DNA of 64,000 nucleotides from Escherichia coli (GCF_048403405.1 NZ_CP183129.1), one strand, 5' to 3'. Positions 1 through 10,625 are shown, counted from the first letter of the stretch. Notes: generated by a model not told the origin, from the sequence alone. Numbers and translations: made by a program.

Positions 1-464
1 GCGTACATCAGACCACGCTTGCTATTGATTTGCAGATGATTCAAAGCATGGGTGGTACGCCAGTGTGGCCGCTGATTGCGCTGTCGAATATCGCTCAGGG
101 CTCCGCCGTGATAGGTATTATCATTTCCAGCCGCAAGCACAATGAACGCGAGATCTCCGTGCCTGCCGCTATCTCCGCCTGGCTTGGAGTCACTGAGCCT
201 GCTATGTACGGCATCAACCTGAAATATCGCTTCCCGATGCTGTGCGCGATGATTGGTTCTGGTCTGGCAGGATTGCTATGCGGCCTGAACGGCGTTATGG
301 CGAATGGCATCGGCGTAGGCGGCCTGCCGGGAATTCTCTCGATTCAACCGAGCTACTGGCAGGTGTTTGCGCTGGCAATGGCTATCGCCATCATCATCCC
401 GATTGTACTCACCTCGTTTATCTATCAGCGGAAATACCGCCTGGGCACGCTGGACATTGTTTAA
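1..464 (+). CDS. treB: PTS trehalose-specific EIIBC component, C-terminal part (partial, starts upstream of window)
   Basis: Hydrophobic PTS EIIC-like C-terminus ending at stop 462-464, immediately upstream of treC as in the treBC operon. Confidence 0.85.
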   Translation, partial: VHQTTLAIDLQMIQSMGGTPVWPLIALSNIAQGSAVIGIIISSRKHNEREISVPAAISAWLGVTEPAMYGINLKYRFPMLCAMIGSGLAGLLCGLNGVMANGIGVGGLPGILSIQPSYWQVFALAMAIAIIIPIVLTSFIYQRKYRLGTLDIV

Positions 465-513
465 TTTTCTTCGGGGCGCAATTGCGCCCCCTCGCATTTG
501 CAGGAATAACGTA

Positions 514-2169
514 ATGACTCATCTTCCCCACTGGTGGCAAAACGGCGTTATCTACCAGATTTATCCAAAGAGTTTTCAGGACACCACGGGTAGCGGCACC
601 GGCGATTTACGTGGCGTTATCCAACGCCTGGACTATCTGCATAAACTGGGCGTTGATGCCATCTGGCTAACCCCCTTTTATGTCTCTCCCCAGGTCGATA
701 ACGGTTACGACGTAGCGAATTATACGGCGATTGATCCCACCTATGGCACGCTGGACGATTTTGACGAACTGGTGACGCAGGCAAAATCTCGCGGGATTCG
801 TATCATTCTCGATATGGTGTTTAACCATACCTCTACCCAACATGCCTGGTTTCGCGAGGCGCTGAACAAAGCAAGCCCTTACCGCCAGTTTTATATCTGG
901 CGCGATGGAGAACCAGAAACGCCACCGAACAACTGGCGTTCAAAATTCGGTGGTAGTGCGTGGCACTGGCATGCAGAAAGCGAACAGTACTATTTGCATC
1001 TCTTTGCACCAGAACAGGCGGATCTCAACTGGGAGAATCCAGCGGTACGCGCAGAGCTGAAAAAAGTCTGTGAGTTCTGGGCCGATCGTGGGGTCGACGG
1101 GTTGCGCCTGGATGTGGTGAATCTGATCTCCAAAGATCCGCGTTACCCTGAAGACCAGGATGGCGACGGGCGTCGCTTCTACACCGACGGGCCACGAGCA
1201 CACGAGTTTTTGCACGAGATGAACCGCGATGTGTTTACGCCACGCGGGTTAATGACCGTAGGTGAAATGTCCTCCACCAGCCTTGAGCATTGCCAGCGAT
1301 ACGCGGCTCTGACAGGCAGTGAATTGTCGATGACCTTTAATTTTCATCACCTGAAAGTCGATTATCCCGGTGGTGAAAAATGGACGCTGGCTAAACCTGA
1401 CTTTGTGGCGTTGAAAACATTGTTCCGCCACTGGCAACAAGGAATGCACAACGTGGCATGGAATGCCTTGTTCTGGTGTAACCACGATCAGCCGCGCATT
1501 GTTTCTCGCTTTGGTGATGAAGGTGAATACCGCGTGCCTGCGGCAAAAATGCTGGCGATGGTGCTGCATGGCATGCAGGGAACGCCGTATATCTACCAGG
1601 GCGAAGAGATTGGCATGACCAACCCGCATTTCACGCGCATTACTGACTATCGCGACGTGGAGAGCCTCAATATGTTTGCCGAACAGCGCAACAATGGGCG
1701 TGATGCCGACGAGTTATTGGCAATCCTCGCCAGTAAATCCCGTGACAACAGTCGCACACCCATGCAATGGAGCAACGGCGATAATGCCGGGTTTACGGCT
1801 GGCGAACCGTGGATTGGTCTGGGCGATAACTATCAGGAAATCAACGTAGAAGCCGCGCTGACCGATGAGTCCTCGGTGTTTTACACCTACCAAAAGTTAA
1901 TCGCACTGCGTAAGCAAGAAGCCGTTCTGACATGGGGCGATTACCAGGATCTGCTGCCAAACAGCCCTGTATTGTGGTGCTATCGCCGTGAATGGAAGGG
2001 GCAAACCTTGTTGGTCATTGCCAACCTTAGCCGTGAGATCCAACCCTGGCAACCAGGGCAAATGCGCGGCAACTGGCAGCTTGTGATGCATAACTACGAA
2101 GAAGCCTCACCACAACCCTGCGCCATGACTTTACGGCCTTTTGAGGCTGTCTGGTGGTTACAAAAGTAA
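514..2169 (+). CDS. treC: trehalose-6-phosphate hydrolase
   Basis: 551 aa from ATG 514; GH13 alpha-amylase family sequence (MTHLPHWWQNGVIYQIYPKSF...); the longer ORF from 367 overlaps treB and is rejected. Confidence 0.95.
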   Translation: MTHLPHWWQNGVIYQIYPKSFQDTTGSGTGDLRGVIQRLDYLHKLGVDAIWLTPFYVSPQVDNGYDVANYTAIDPTYGTLDDFDELVTQAKSRGIRIILDMVFNHTSTQHAWFREALNKASPYRQFYIWRDGEPETPPNNWRSKFGGSAWHWHAESEQYYLHLFAPEQADLNWENPAVRAELKKVCEFWADRGVDGLRLDVVNLISKDPRYPEDQDGDGRRFYTDGPRAHEFLHEMNRDVFTPRGLMTVGEMSSTSLEHCQRYAALTGSELSMTFNFHHLKVDYPGGEKWTLAKPDFVALKTLFRHWQQGMHNVAWNALFWCNHDQPRIVSRFGDEGEYRVPAAKMLAMVLHGMQGTPYIYQGEEIGMTNPHFTRITDYRDVESLNMFAEQRNNGRDADELLAILASKSRDNSRTPMQWSNGDNAGFTAGEPWIGLGDNYQEINVEAALTDESSVFYTYQKLIALRKQEAVLTWGDYQDLLPNSPVLWCYRREWKGQTLLVIANLSREIQPWQPGQMRGNWQLVMHNYEEASPQPCAMTLRPFEAVWWLQK

Positions 2170-2181
2170 ATCTTCGCTAAG

Positions 2182-2212
2182 CCCCGGTAATGCCGGTCAT
2201 TCCGGGGTTTTG
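2182..2212 (+). terminator. rho-independent terminator candidate downstream of treC
   Basis: ccccgg (2182-2187) pairs with ccgggg (2202-2207), followed by tttt 2208-2211. Confidence 0.6.
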
Positions 2213-2233
2213 CCTGTCAGCATGTTGTTTTTG

Positions 2234-2249
2234 TTGATTTTATAATCAA
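2234..2249. promoter_or_regulatory. FNR-like inverted repeat in nrdD upstream region (TTGAT-N6-ATCAA)
   Basis: ttgat 2234-2238 and atcaa 2245-2249; spacing is 6 not the canonical 4, so assignment is tentative; nrdDG is known to be FNR-activated. Confidence 0.3.
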
Positions 2250-2354
2250 AAAATTCATTAAAAAATTTACATATCGCTGTAGCGCCCGTCATCCGTACGC
2301 TCTGCTTTTTACTTTGAGCTACATCAAAAAAAGTTCAAACATCCTTGATGCAAA

Positions 2355-2401
2355 GCACTATATATAGACTTTAAAATGCGTCCCAACCCAATATGTTGTA
2401 T
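2355..2401. promoter_or_regulatory. pair of NrdR-box-like sequences upstream of nrdD
   Basis: gcactatatatagact (2355-2370) and accaatatgttgtat (2386-2401), each about 13/16 match to my recollection of the NrdR box consensus, centres 31 bp apart; tataat-like -10 at 2410-2415. Confidence 0.45.
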
Positions 2402-2562
2402 TAATCGACTATAATTGCTACTACAGCTCCCCACGAAAAAGGTGCGGCGTTGTGGATAAGCGGATGGTGATTGCGGAAAGCACCGGAAAACGAAACAAAA
2501 AAACCGGAAAACGCCTTTCCCAATTTCTGTGGATAACCTGTTCTTAAAAATATGGAGCGATC

Positions 2563-4701
2563 ATGACACCGCATGTGATGAAACGAGACGGCTGCAAAGT
2601 GCCGTTTAAATCAGAGCGCATCAAAGAAGCGATTCTGCGTGCAGCTAAAGCAGCGGAAGTCGATGATGCCGATTATTGCGCCACTGTTGCCGCGGTTGTC
2701 AGCGAGCAGATGCAGGGCCGCAACCAGGTGGATATCAATGAGATCCAGACCGCAGTTGAAAACCAGCTGATGTCGGGTCCATACAAACAACTGGCTCGTG
2801 CTTACATCGAGTACCGTCACGATCGCGACATTGAACGTGAAAAACGCGGTCGCCTGAACCAGGAGATCCGTGGTCTGGTCGAGCAGACCAACTCCTCGTT
2901 ACTCAACGAAAACGCCAACAAAGACAGCAAGGTGATTCCAACCCAGCGCGATCTGCTGGCCGGGATCGTGGCTAAACACTATGCACGCCAGCACCTGCTG
3001 CCGCGTGACGTGGTGCAGGCACATGAACGTGGTGATATTCACTATCACGATCTCGATTACTCGCCGTTCTTCCCGATGTTCAACTGCATGTTGATCGACC
3101 TGAAAGGCATGCTGACCCAGGGCTTTAAAATGGGGAACGCCGAGATTGAACCGCCGAAGTCGATCTCTACGGCAACCGCGGTAACTGCGCAGATTATTGC
3201 CCAGGTCGCCAGCCATATTTATGGCGGCACCACCATTAACCGTATCGATGAAGTGCTGGCACCGTTTGTCACCGCCAGCTACAACAAACATCGCAAGACC
3301 GCAGAAGAGTGGAACATCCCGGACGCCGAAGGCTACGCTAACTCTCGTACCATCAAAGAGTGCTACGATGCCTTCCAGTCGCTGGAGTACGAAGTAAACA
3401 CCCTGCACACCGCCAACGGTCAAACGCCGTTTGTGACCTTTGGTTTTGGTCTGGGCACCAGCTGGGAATCGCGCCTGATTCAGGAATCTATCCTGCGTAA
3501 TCGTATCGCAGGCCTCGGTAAAAACCGTAAAACTGCGGTGTTCCCGAAACTGGTGTTTGCGATTCGCGATGGCCTGAACCATAAAAAAGGCGATCCGAAC
3601 TACGACATCAAACAGCTGGCGCTGGAGTGCGCAAGCAAGCGCATGTATCCGGATATCCTGAACTACGATCAGGTAGTGAAAGTCACCGGTTCGTTTAAAA
3701 CCCCGATGGGCTGCCGCAGCTTCCTCGGCGTGTGGGAAAATGAAAACGGCGAGCAGATCCACGATGGTCGTAACAACCTCGGCGTGATCAGCCTGAACCT
3801 GCCGCGTATTGCTCTGGAGGCAAAAGGCGATGAAGCCACCTTCTGGAAGCTGCTGGATGAACGTCTGGTGCTGGCACGTAAGGCGCTGATGACCCGTATC
3901 GCTCGTCTCGAAGGCGTGAAAGCGCGCGTAGCCCCGATCCTCTATATGGAAGGCGCTTGTGGCGTGCGTCTGAATGCTGACGACGACGTTTCTGAAATCT
4001 TCAAAAACGGTCGTGCGTCTATTTCGCTGGGTTACATCGGCATCCACGAAACCATTAACGCGCTGTTCGGCGGCGAGCATGTTTACGACAACGAGCAGCT
4101 GCGCGCGAAAGGTATTGCGATTGTTGAACGTCTGCGTCAGGCAGTGGATCAGTGGAAAGAAGAAACGGGTTATGGCTTCAGTCTCTACAGCACGCCGAGT
4201 GAAAACCTGTGCGACCGCTTCTGCCGTCTCGATACCGCTGAGTTTGGCGTGGTGCCGGGCGTGACCGATAAAGGTTACTACACCAACAGTTTCCACCTTG
4301 ATGTGGAGAAAAAGGTGAACCCGTATGACAAGATCGACTTTGAAGCGCCTTACCCGCCGCTGGCGAACGGTGGTTTCATTTGCTACGGCGAGTATCCAAA
4401 CATTCAGCACAACCTGAAGGCGCTGGAAGATGTCTGGGATTACAGCTATCAGCATGTACCGTATTACGGCACCAATACGCCGATCGATGAGTGCTACGAG
4501 TGTGGCTTTACTGGCGAGTTCGAGTGCACCAGCAAAGGCTTCACTTGCCCGAAATGTGGTAACCATGACGCCTCCCGTGTGTCGGTGACTCGCCGCGTGT
4601 GCGGATATTTAGGTAGCCCGGATGCACGTCCGTTTAACGCCGGTAAGCAGGAAGAAGTTAAGCGCCGCGTTAAACATTTGGGGAATGGGCAGATAGGTTA
4701 A
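2563..4701 (+). CDS. nrdD: anaerobic ribonucleoside-triphosphate reductase
   Basis: 712 aa; ATP-cone N-terminus, C-terminal glycyl-radical and Zn-ribbon Cys motifs (CYECGF...CPKCG). Confidence 0.97.
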   Translation: MTPHVMKRDGCKVPFKSERIKEAILRAAKAAEVDDADYCATVAAVVSEQMQGRNQVDINEIQTAVENQLMSGPYKQLARAYIEYRHDRDIEREKRGRLNQEIRGLVEQTNSSLLNENANKDSKVIPTQRDLLAGIVAKHYARQHLLPRDVVQAHERGDIHYHDLDYSPFFPMFNCMLIDLKGMLTQGFKMGNAEIEPPKSISTATAVTAQIIAQVASHIYGGTTINRIDEVLAPFVTASYNKHRKTAEEWNIPDAEGYANSRTIKECYDAFQSLEYEVNTLHTANGQTPFVTFGFGLGTSWESRLIQESILRNRIAGLGKNRKTAVFPKLVFAIRDGLNHKKGDPNYDIKQLALECASKRMYPDILNYDQVVKVTGSFKTPMGCRSFLGVWENENGEQIHDGRNNLGVISLNLPRIALEAKGDEATFWKLLDERLVLARKALMTRIARLEGVKARVAPILYMEGACGVRLNADDDVSEIFKNGRASISLGYIGIHETINALFGGEHVYDNEQLRAKGIAIVERLRQAVDQWKEETGYGFSLYSTPSENLCDRFCRLDTAEFGVVPGVTDKGYYTNSFHLDVEKKVNPYDKIDFEAPYPPLANGGFICYGEYPNIQHNLKALEDVWDYSYQHVPYYGTNTPIDECYECGFTGEFECTSKGFTCPKCGNHDASRVSVTRRVCGYLGSPDARPFNAGKQEEVKRRVKHLGNGQIG

Positions 4702-4720
4702 TCCTTCCCCCTCACCCTAA

Positions 4721-4742
4721 CCCTCTCCCTCAAGGGAGAGGG
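4721..4742. other. perfect 9-bp stem hairpin in the C-rich nrdD-nrdG spacer
   Basis: ccctctccc (4721-4729), loop tcaa, gggagaggg (4734-4742); no T-run follows. Confidence 0.5.
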
Positions 4743-4885
4743 TACCGTTCCGTGCCCCTTCCTGATTCCCGACATAATGAATTGCCTCTGGCCAGTTGGT
4801 GTCGTCGCAAGGTGGCAAATGCGTAGCATCGGGGGACTTCGCCCGTACGCACCAGAGCAGTCATGGCGTCAATTGAGAATCGAAA

Positions 4886-5350
4886 ATGAACTTTCATCAG
4901 TACTATCCTGTCGACATCGTCAACGGCCCCGGCACTCGCTGCACCCTGTTTGTCTCCGGGTGTGTTCATGAATGCCCCGGTTGCTATAACAAAAGCACAT
5001 GGCGGGTAAATTCCGGTCAGCCATTTACCAAAGCAATGGAAGACCAGATCATTAACGATCTAAATGACACTCGCATCAAACGCCAGGGGATTTCCCTCTC
5101 CGGCGGCGATCCGCTGCATCCGCAAAACGTGCCGGATATTCTGAAACTGGTACAACGAATCCGCGCCGAATGTCCGGGTAAAGACATTTGGGTGTGGACA
5201 GGCTATAAACTCGACGAACTCAACGCTGCGCAAATGCAGGTTGTTGATTTGATTAACGTACTGGTCGACGGCAAATTTGTGCAGGATTTAAAAGACCCTT
5301 CCCTGATCTGGCGCGGCAGCAGCAATCAGGTGGTGCATCATTTGCGATGA
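4886..5350 (+). CDS. nrdG: anaerobic ribonucleotide reductase activating protein (radical SAM)
   Basis: 154 aa; Cys cluster CVHECPGC typical of glycyl-radical activases. Confidence 0.95.
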   Translation: MNFHQYYPVDIVNGPGTRCTLFVSGCVHECPGCYNKSTWRVNSGQPFTKAMEDQIINDLNDTRIKRQGISLSGGDPLHPQNVPDILKLVQRIRAECPGKDIWVWTGYKLDELNAAQMQVVDLINVLVDGKFVQDLKDPSLIWRGSSNQVVHHLR

Positions 5351-5354
5351 TAAG

Positions 5355-5386
5355 TTCCCTGTTACCTGAGTGCAGGCAACAGGGAA
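5355..5386. terminator. hairpin between the convergent nrdG and cybC stop codons
   Basis: ttccctgtt (5355-5363) pairs with aacagggaa (5378-5386); lies exactly between stops at 5348-5350 and 5395-5397; no clear U-tract. Confidence 0.45.
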
Positions 5387-5394
5387 ATAAGGAA

Positions 5395-5784
<390 letters not shown>

Positions 5785-5963
5785 TCACTTCCTTTTTTAT
5801 TTACACTTCATCCTTCACACTGCCTCATCGACGGCTACGCTCATTCGCCCGAGTCACGTACTGCGAGTACGCTCCCCGGCCCTCATTCACTTTCCGTCTC
5901 GATGCAGTGCGAATGATTTTGTGTAATTTTTTAGTTTATAGCGCGGCAGGTCGCGCCAGTTTT

Positions 5964-7316
5964 TTACTGCCCGGCGATTTTCATCTCCGGCAACAGCACA
6001 GAACCACACTGTATATTACTGCGTGTTTCAATATCGTTACCGACGGTGACAATATTGCGCCACATATCTTTTAAATTACCTGCGATGGTGATTTCGCTCA
6101 CCGGATACTGAATTTCGCCATTCTCTACCCAGAAGCCCGCCGCACCACGGGAATAATCACCGGTAATGGCACTCACGCCCTGACCCATCAGCTCCGTCAC
6201 CACCAGCCCGGTGCCCATCTCTTTAAGCATTTGTTCGAAGCTTAGCCCTTGTCCGGCAATCCGCCAGTTGTGAATACCGCCCGCATGTCCGGTGCTTTTC
6301 AGCCCCAGTTTCCGCGCCGAGTAGCTGGTCAGCAGCCACTGAGTCAGGATGCCATCTTTGACGATATCGCGGCGCTCGGTGCGCACACCTTCGCTGTCGA
6401 ATGGCGTAGAGGCCAGCCCTTTCAGCAGATGCGGATGCTCTTCAATGGTCAGCCAGTCCGGCAGAATTTGTTTACCCAGCGAATCCAGCAGGAAGGTAGA
6501 TTTACGGTAAACCGATCCACCCGCTATCGCCCCCACCAGATGCCCAAAAAGCCCGGTTGCCACTTCATTGGCAAAAATCACCGGCGCTTTCATGGTAGAA
6601 AGTTTACGCGGTGACAGGCGCGATAAGGTACGGCGAGCACAGTCGGCCCCAACCCACTCTGGCGTTTGCAGATCGCTCATCGCACGACCAATGGTGTAGG
6701 CGTAATCACGCTCCATATCGCCATTTTCTTCGGCAATTACACAGCTGGAGAGCGAATGACGCGTTGAGCAGTAACCCTGCAACATGCCGTGGCTGTTGCC
6801 AAAAACTTTGACACCGTAGTGGCTGTTAAAGCTGCCACCTTCGGTATTGGTGATGCGTTTATCCGCCTGCAATGCCGCCTGTTCAGCGCGGGCCGCCAGT
6901 TCAATGGCTTCATCCGGGGAAACTTCCGCAGGGTGGAACAAGTCGAGATCCGGTGCGTCAAAAGCCAGCAGCTCTTTGTCTGCCACGCCTGCATACGGAT
7001 CTGGCGAGGTATAACGGGCAATATCTAGCGCCGCCTGTACGGTGCGAGCAATGGCCTGCGGGCTTAAATCGGTAGACGATGCGCTACCTTTGCGGTTCTG
7101 GTGATAAACAGTGATCCCCAGCGCGCCATCGCTATTGAATTCAACATTCTCCACTTCACCATAACGCGTGCTAACGCTAATGCCGGTGGTCTTGCTGACG
7201 GCAACTTCCGCACCGTCCGATTTGCCTGAGGCCAACTCCAGCGCAGTCGAAACTGCTTCTTCCAGAATCTTGCGCTGCGCTTCAACTTGAGAGATTACTT
7301 TCATTGCAAGTGCCAT
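5964..7316 (-). CDS. pmbA: metalloprotease PmbA (TldE)
   Basis: 450 aa; PmbA/TldD family sequence; ATG at 7314-7316. Confidence 0.95.
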   Translation of the reverse strand: MALAMKVISQVEAQRKILEEAVSTALELASGKSDGAEVAVSKTTGISVSTRYGEVENVEFNSDGALGITVYHQNRKGSASSTDLSPQAIARTVQAALDIARYTSPDPYAGVADKELLAFDAPDLDLFHPAEVSPDEAIELAARAEQAALQADKRITNTEGGSFNSHYGVKVFGNSHGMLQGYCSTRHSLSSCVIAEENGDMERDYAYTIGRAMSDLQTPEWVGADCARRTLSRLSPRKLSTMKAPVIFANEVATGLFGHLVGAIAGGSVYRKSTFLLDSLGKQILPDWLTIEEHPHLLKGLASTPFDSEGVRTERRDIVKDGILTQWLLTSYSARKLGLKSTGHAGGIHNWRIAGQGLSFEQMLKEMGTGLVVTELMGQGVSAITGDYSRGAAGFWVENGEIQYPVSEITIAGNLKDMWRNIVTVGNDIETRSNIQCGSVLLPEMKIAGQ

Positions 7317-7409
7317 AATGTAGAGAGTTTCTCTGAAGTCTAACAGAGAACCGTTTTTCAGTGCGCATCTTAACTGGTAACATTAGCCTCTTTTTTTAAG
7401 GAGCCTGAG

Positions 7410-7961
7410 ATGACTAAGCAGCCCGAAGACTGGCTCGACGACGTTCCCGGTGATGACATCGAAGACGAAGACGATGAAATTATCTGGGTCAGTAAAAGTG
7501 AAATTAAACGCGATGCCGAGGAGCTAAAACGCCTTGGCGCGGAAATTGTTGATCTGGGGAAAAACGCGCTGGATAAGATCCCGTTAGATGCGGATCTGCG
7601 CGCGGCTATTGAGCTCGCCCAGCGTATTAAGATGGAAGGTCGCCGCCGCCAGTTGCAGCTCATCGGTAAGATGCTGCGCCAGCGCGACGTAGAGCCTATT
7701 CGTCAGGCGCTGGATAAGCTGAAAAACCGCCACAACCAGCAGGTGGTGTTGTTCCATAAACTGGAAAACCTGCGCGATCGTCTGATCGACCAGGGTGATG
7801 ACGCCATCGCTGAAGTATTGAATCTGTGGCCCGATGCCGATCGTCAGCAACTGCGTACTCTGATCCGTAACGCGAAGAAAGAGAAAGAAGGGAATAAGCC
7901 GCCGAAATCCGCACGCCAGATTTTCCAGTATCTGCGCGAGTTAGCGGAGAATGAAGGGTAA
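7410..7961 (+). CDS. yjgA: ribosome-associated protein YjgA (DUF615)
   Basis: 183 aa; acidic N-terminus; taaggag RBS 7397-7403. Confidence 0.92.
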
Positions 7962-7988
7962 TTTTCGTTGTTGATGTGAGTATGGTTT

Positions 7989-8018
7989 GCCGGATGCGGC
8001 GTAAACGCCTTATCCGGC
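7989..8018. repeat. REP (repetitive extragenic palindromic) element
   Basis: gccggatgcggcgtaaacgccttatccggc between the convergent yjgA and mpl. Confidence 0.85.
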
Positions 8019-8043
8019 AATGCTATATCATGCTGAAGCCGAA

Positions 8044-9417
8044 TTACTGCGCAGCTTCCGCTTTCTTCGCCAGACCATCCAGCAGTTTCTGATGGATCCC
8101 ACCAAAACCGCCGTTGCTCATCACCAGAATATGGTCGCCAGGCTGAGCGGTTTTCACCACCATATCTGCCAGCGTATCCACATCGCCACTCCAGTGAGCA
8201 GGCTGAACGCAGGCTTCTGCCACTTCTGCCACCTGCCACGGAATATGCGCCGGTTGCAGCAGGAAGACTTCATCGGCACGACCTAATGAAGGTGCCAGAT
8301 CGTCTTTGCAGATCCCCATTTTCATGGTATTCGAACGCGGCTCCAGCACGGCAATAATGCGCGCCGTACCGCCAACTTTGCCACGCAGCGCCGCCAGCGT
8401 TGCCAGAATCGCAGTCGGGTGATGGGCGAAATCGTCATATACCGTCACGCCATTGGCTTCACCACGCAACTCCAGACGGCGACGAGCATTAATAAACGAA
8501 CCCAGCGCGTTAGCGGCATCTGCCGGCGCTACGCCAACATGGCGGGCCGCCGCAATCGCCATCAGGCCATTATGCATATTATGTTCGCCTACCAGCGACC
8601 ATTTCACTTCGCCCACTTTTTCGCCATCCAGCAAGACTTCCCATTCGGAAGCATCGGTGGTCAGCTTTTTCGCCTGCCAGTGACCCTGCTCGCCCACCAG
8701 CTCCTGCTCGCTCCAGCAGCCCATCGCCATGGTCTGTTTCAGGTTGATGTCGTTTTCCGGCCAGATAATACGGCCCTGCCCCGGAACGATACGCACCAGA
8801 TGGTGGAACTGTTTCTGGATCGCTTTCAGGTCGTCAAAGATATCGGCGTGATCGAACTCAAGGTTGTTGAGGATCAGCGTACGCGGGCAGTAATGGACAA
8901 ATTTAGAGCGTTTGTCGAAGAAGGCGCAGTCATACTCATCCGCTTCGATAACAAAGAAGTCGCTTTCGCCCAGACGCGCCGAAACCTCAAAGTTCCCCGG
9001 CACACCGCCGATCACAAATCCCGGTTTGTAACCGCACTGTTCCAGAATCCAGGTCGCCATTCCCGCGGTGGTAGTTTTGCCGTGTGTACCGGCAACGGCC
9101 AGCACCCAGCGGTCGCGCAGCACAAAATCGTGCAGCCACTGTGGACCTGACATATAAGGGATGTTTTTTTCCAGTACCGCTTCCACACACGGATTTCCAC
9201 GGGTCATGGCGTTGCCAATAATCACCAGATCCGGCTGCGGTTCGAGCTGGCTGGCATCGTAACCCTGAATCAGTTCAATGCCTTGCTTCTCAAGTAAGGT
9301 GCTCATCGGCGGATACACATTGGCGTCCGACCCCGTTACTTCATGGCCTAACTGGCGCGCCAGCATCGCCAGACCGCCCATAAACGTGCCACAAATTCCT
9401 AAAATATGAATGCGCAT
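8044..9417 (-). CDS. mpl: UDP-N-acetylmuramate:L-alanyl-gamma-D-glutamyl-meso-diaminopimelate ligase
   Basis: 457 aa; Mur ligase family (GTHGKTTT P-loop). Confidence 0.95.
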   Translation of the reverse strand: MRIHILGICGTFMGGLAMLARQLGHEVTGSDANVYPPMSTLLEKQGIELIQGYDASQLEPQPDLVIIGNAMTRGNPCVEAVLEKNIPYMSGPQWLHDFVLRDRWVLAVAGTHGKTTTAGMATWILEQCGYKPGFVIGGVPGNFEVSARLGESDFFVIEADEYDCAFFDKRSKFVHYCPRTLILNNLEFDHADIFDDLKAIQKQFHHLVRIVPGQGRIIWPENDINLKQTMAMGCWSEQELVGEQGHWQAKKLTTDASEWEVLLDGEKVGEVKWSLVGEHNMHNGLMAIAAARHVGVAPADAANALGSFINARRRLELRGEANGVTVYDDFAHHPTAILATLAALRGKVGGTARIIAVLEPRSNTMKMGICKDDLAPSLGRADEVFLLQPAHIPWQVAEVAEACVQPAHWSGDVDTLADMVVKTAQPGDHILVMSNGGFGGIHQKLLDGLAKKAEAAQ

Positions 9418-9592
9418 ACGTCACTATCCTTTTTTAATCTGCCGCTCATTTTACGCATATGTCGGGCAAGTGAGAAACGCATTTCAGGATAATCCGTAAT
9501 TTGCTGGCGCGATTCACCTGAGCGCAACATTGAGATTATTTGTTAAGATTGTTGCGGTCGCTTTACTCCATAAACATTGCAGGGAAAGTTTT

Positions 9593-10591
9593 ATGAAAAC
9601 GTTAGGTGAATTTATTGTCGAAAAGCAGCACGAGTTTTCTCATGCTACCGGTGAGCTCACTGCTTTGCTGTCGGCAATAAAACTGGGCGCCAAGATTATC
9701 CATCGCGATATCAACAAAGCAGGACTGGTTGATATCCTGGGTGCCAGCGGTGCTGAGAATGTGCAGGGCGAGGTTCAGCAGAAACTCGACTTGTTCGCTA
9801 ATGAAAAACTGAAAGCCGCACTGAAAGCACGCGATATCGTTGCAGGCATTGCCTCTGAAGAAGAAGATGAGATTGTCGTCTTTGAAGGCTGTGAACACGC
9901 AAAATACGTGGTGCTGATGGACCCCCTGGATGGCTCGTCCAACATCGATGTTAACGTCTCTGTCGGTACCATTTTCTCCATCTACCGCCGCGTTACGCCT
10001 GTTGGCACGCCGGTAACGGAAGAAGATTTCCTCCAGCCTGGTAACAAACAGGTTGCGGCAGGTTACGTGGTATACGGCTCCTCTACCATGCTGGTTTACA
10101 CCACCGGATGCGGTGTTCACGCCTTTACTTACGATCCTTCGCTCGGCGTTTTCTGCCTGTGCCAGGAACGGATGCGCTTCCCGGAGAAAGGCAAAACCTA
10201 CTCCATCAACGAAGGAAACTACATTAAGTTTCCGAACGGGGTGAAGAAGTACATTAAATTCTGCCAGGAAGAAGATAAGTCCACCAATCGCCCGTATACC
10301 TCACGTTATATCGGTTCACTGGTCGCGGATTTCCACCGTAACCTGCTGAAAGGTGGGATTTATCTCTACCCAAGCACCGCCAGCCACCCGGACGGTAAAC
10401 TGCGTTTGCTGTATGAGTGCAACCCGATGGCATTCCTGGCGGAACAAGCGGGCGGTAAAGCGAGCGATGGCAAAGAGCGTATTCTGGATATCATCCCGGA
10501 AACCCTGCACCAGCGCCGTTCGTTCTTTGTCGGCAACGACCATATGGTTGAAGATGTCGAACGCTTTATCCGTGAATTCCCGGACGCGTAA
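9593..10591 (+). CDS. fbp: fructose-1,6-bisphosphatase class 1
   Basis: 332 aa from ATG 9593 ([12 protein letters not shown]...); the ORF-track call from 9530 is an upstream extension. Confidence 0.95.
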
Positions 10592-10598
10592 TCTCCTG

Positions 10599-10625
10599 CG
10601 CCTCTCCACACGGAGAGGCGTTTTT
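10599..10625 (+). terminator. rho-independent terminator of fbp
   Basis: cgcctctcc / ggagaggcg stem with loop acac, followed by ttttt 10621-10625; overlaps the yjfF stop. Confidence 0.75.

Noticed and set aside
367-2169. N-terminally extended ORF calls in the track (treC from 367, fbp from 9530, ytfR from 14204, msrA from 22961, ytfK from 25665, cpdB from 28612, ytfH from 31172, fklB from 36398, ytfB from 36421, yjfY from 40314, ulaF/ulaD/ulaA/ulaG, bsmA from 48304, yjfN from 48854, yjfC, yjfL, rnr from 58472)
   Set aside because: The extensions overlap upstream genes or lack a ribosome-binding site, while an internal ATG with a good Shine-Dalgarno gives the length expected for the known protein; the shorter starts were used
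2899-4566. 555-aa ORF antisense to nrdD, with similar long antisense ORFs inside mpl (8419-9150), tamB (18593-19174, 20016-21046), fklB (35577-36263), ulaE/ulaD (41695-42981), ulaA (43742-44596), yjfC (51390-52151), rnr (56364-56936), purA (59012-60100), hflC (61071-61775) and hflK (62195-62845)
   Set aside because: Each lies entirely inside a well-recognised gene on the opposite strand, has low-complexity Arg/His/Gln-rich composition and no recognisable family, and is the expected mirror-frame artefact of codon bias
4777-4971. 64-aa ORF spanning the nrdD-nrdG spacer, and other short intergenic ORFs (for example 16793-17227, 21127-21375)
   Set aside because: No ribosome-binding site, overlap with known genes or structured repeats, and low-complexity sequence; treated as chance ORFs
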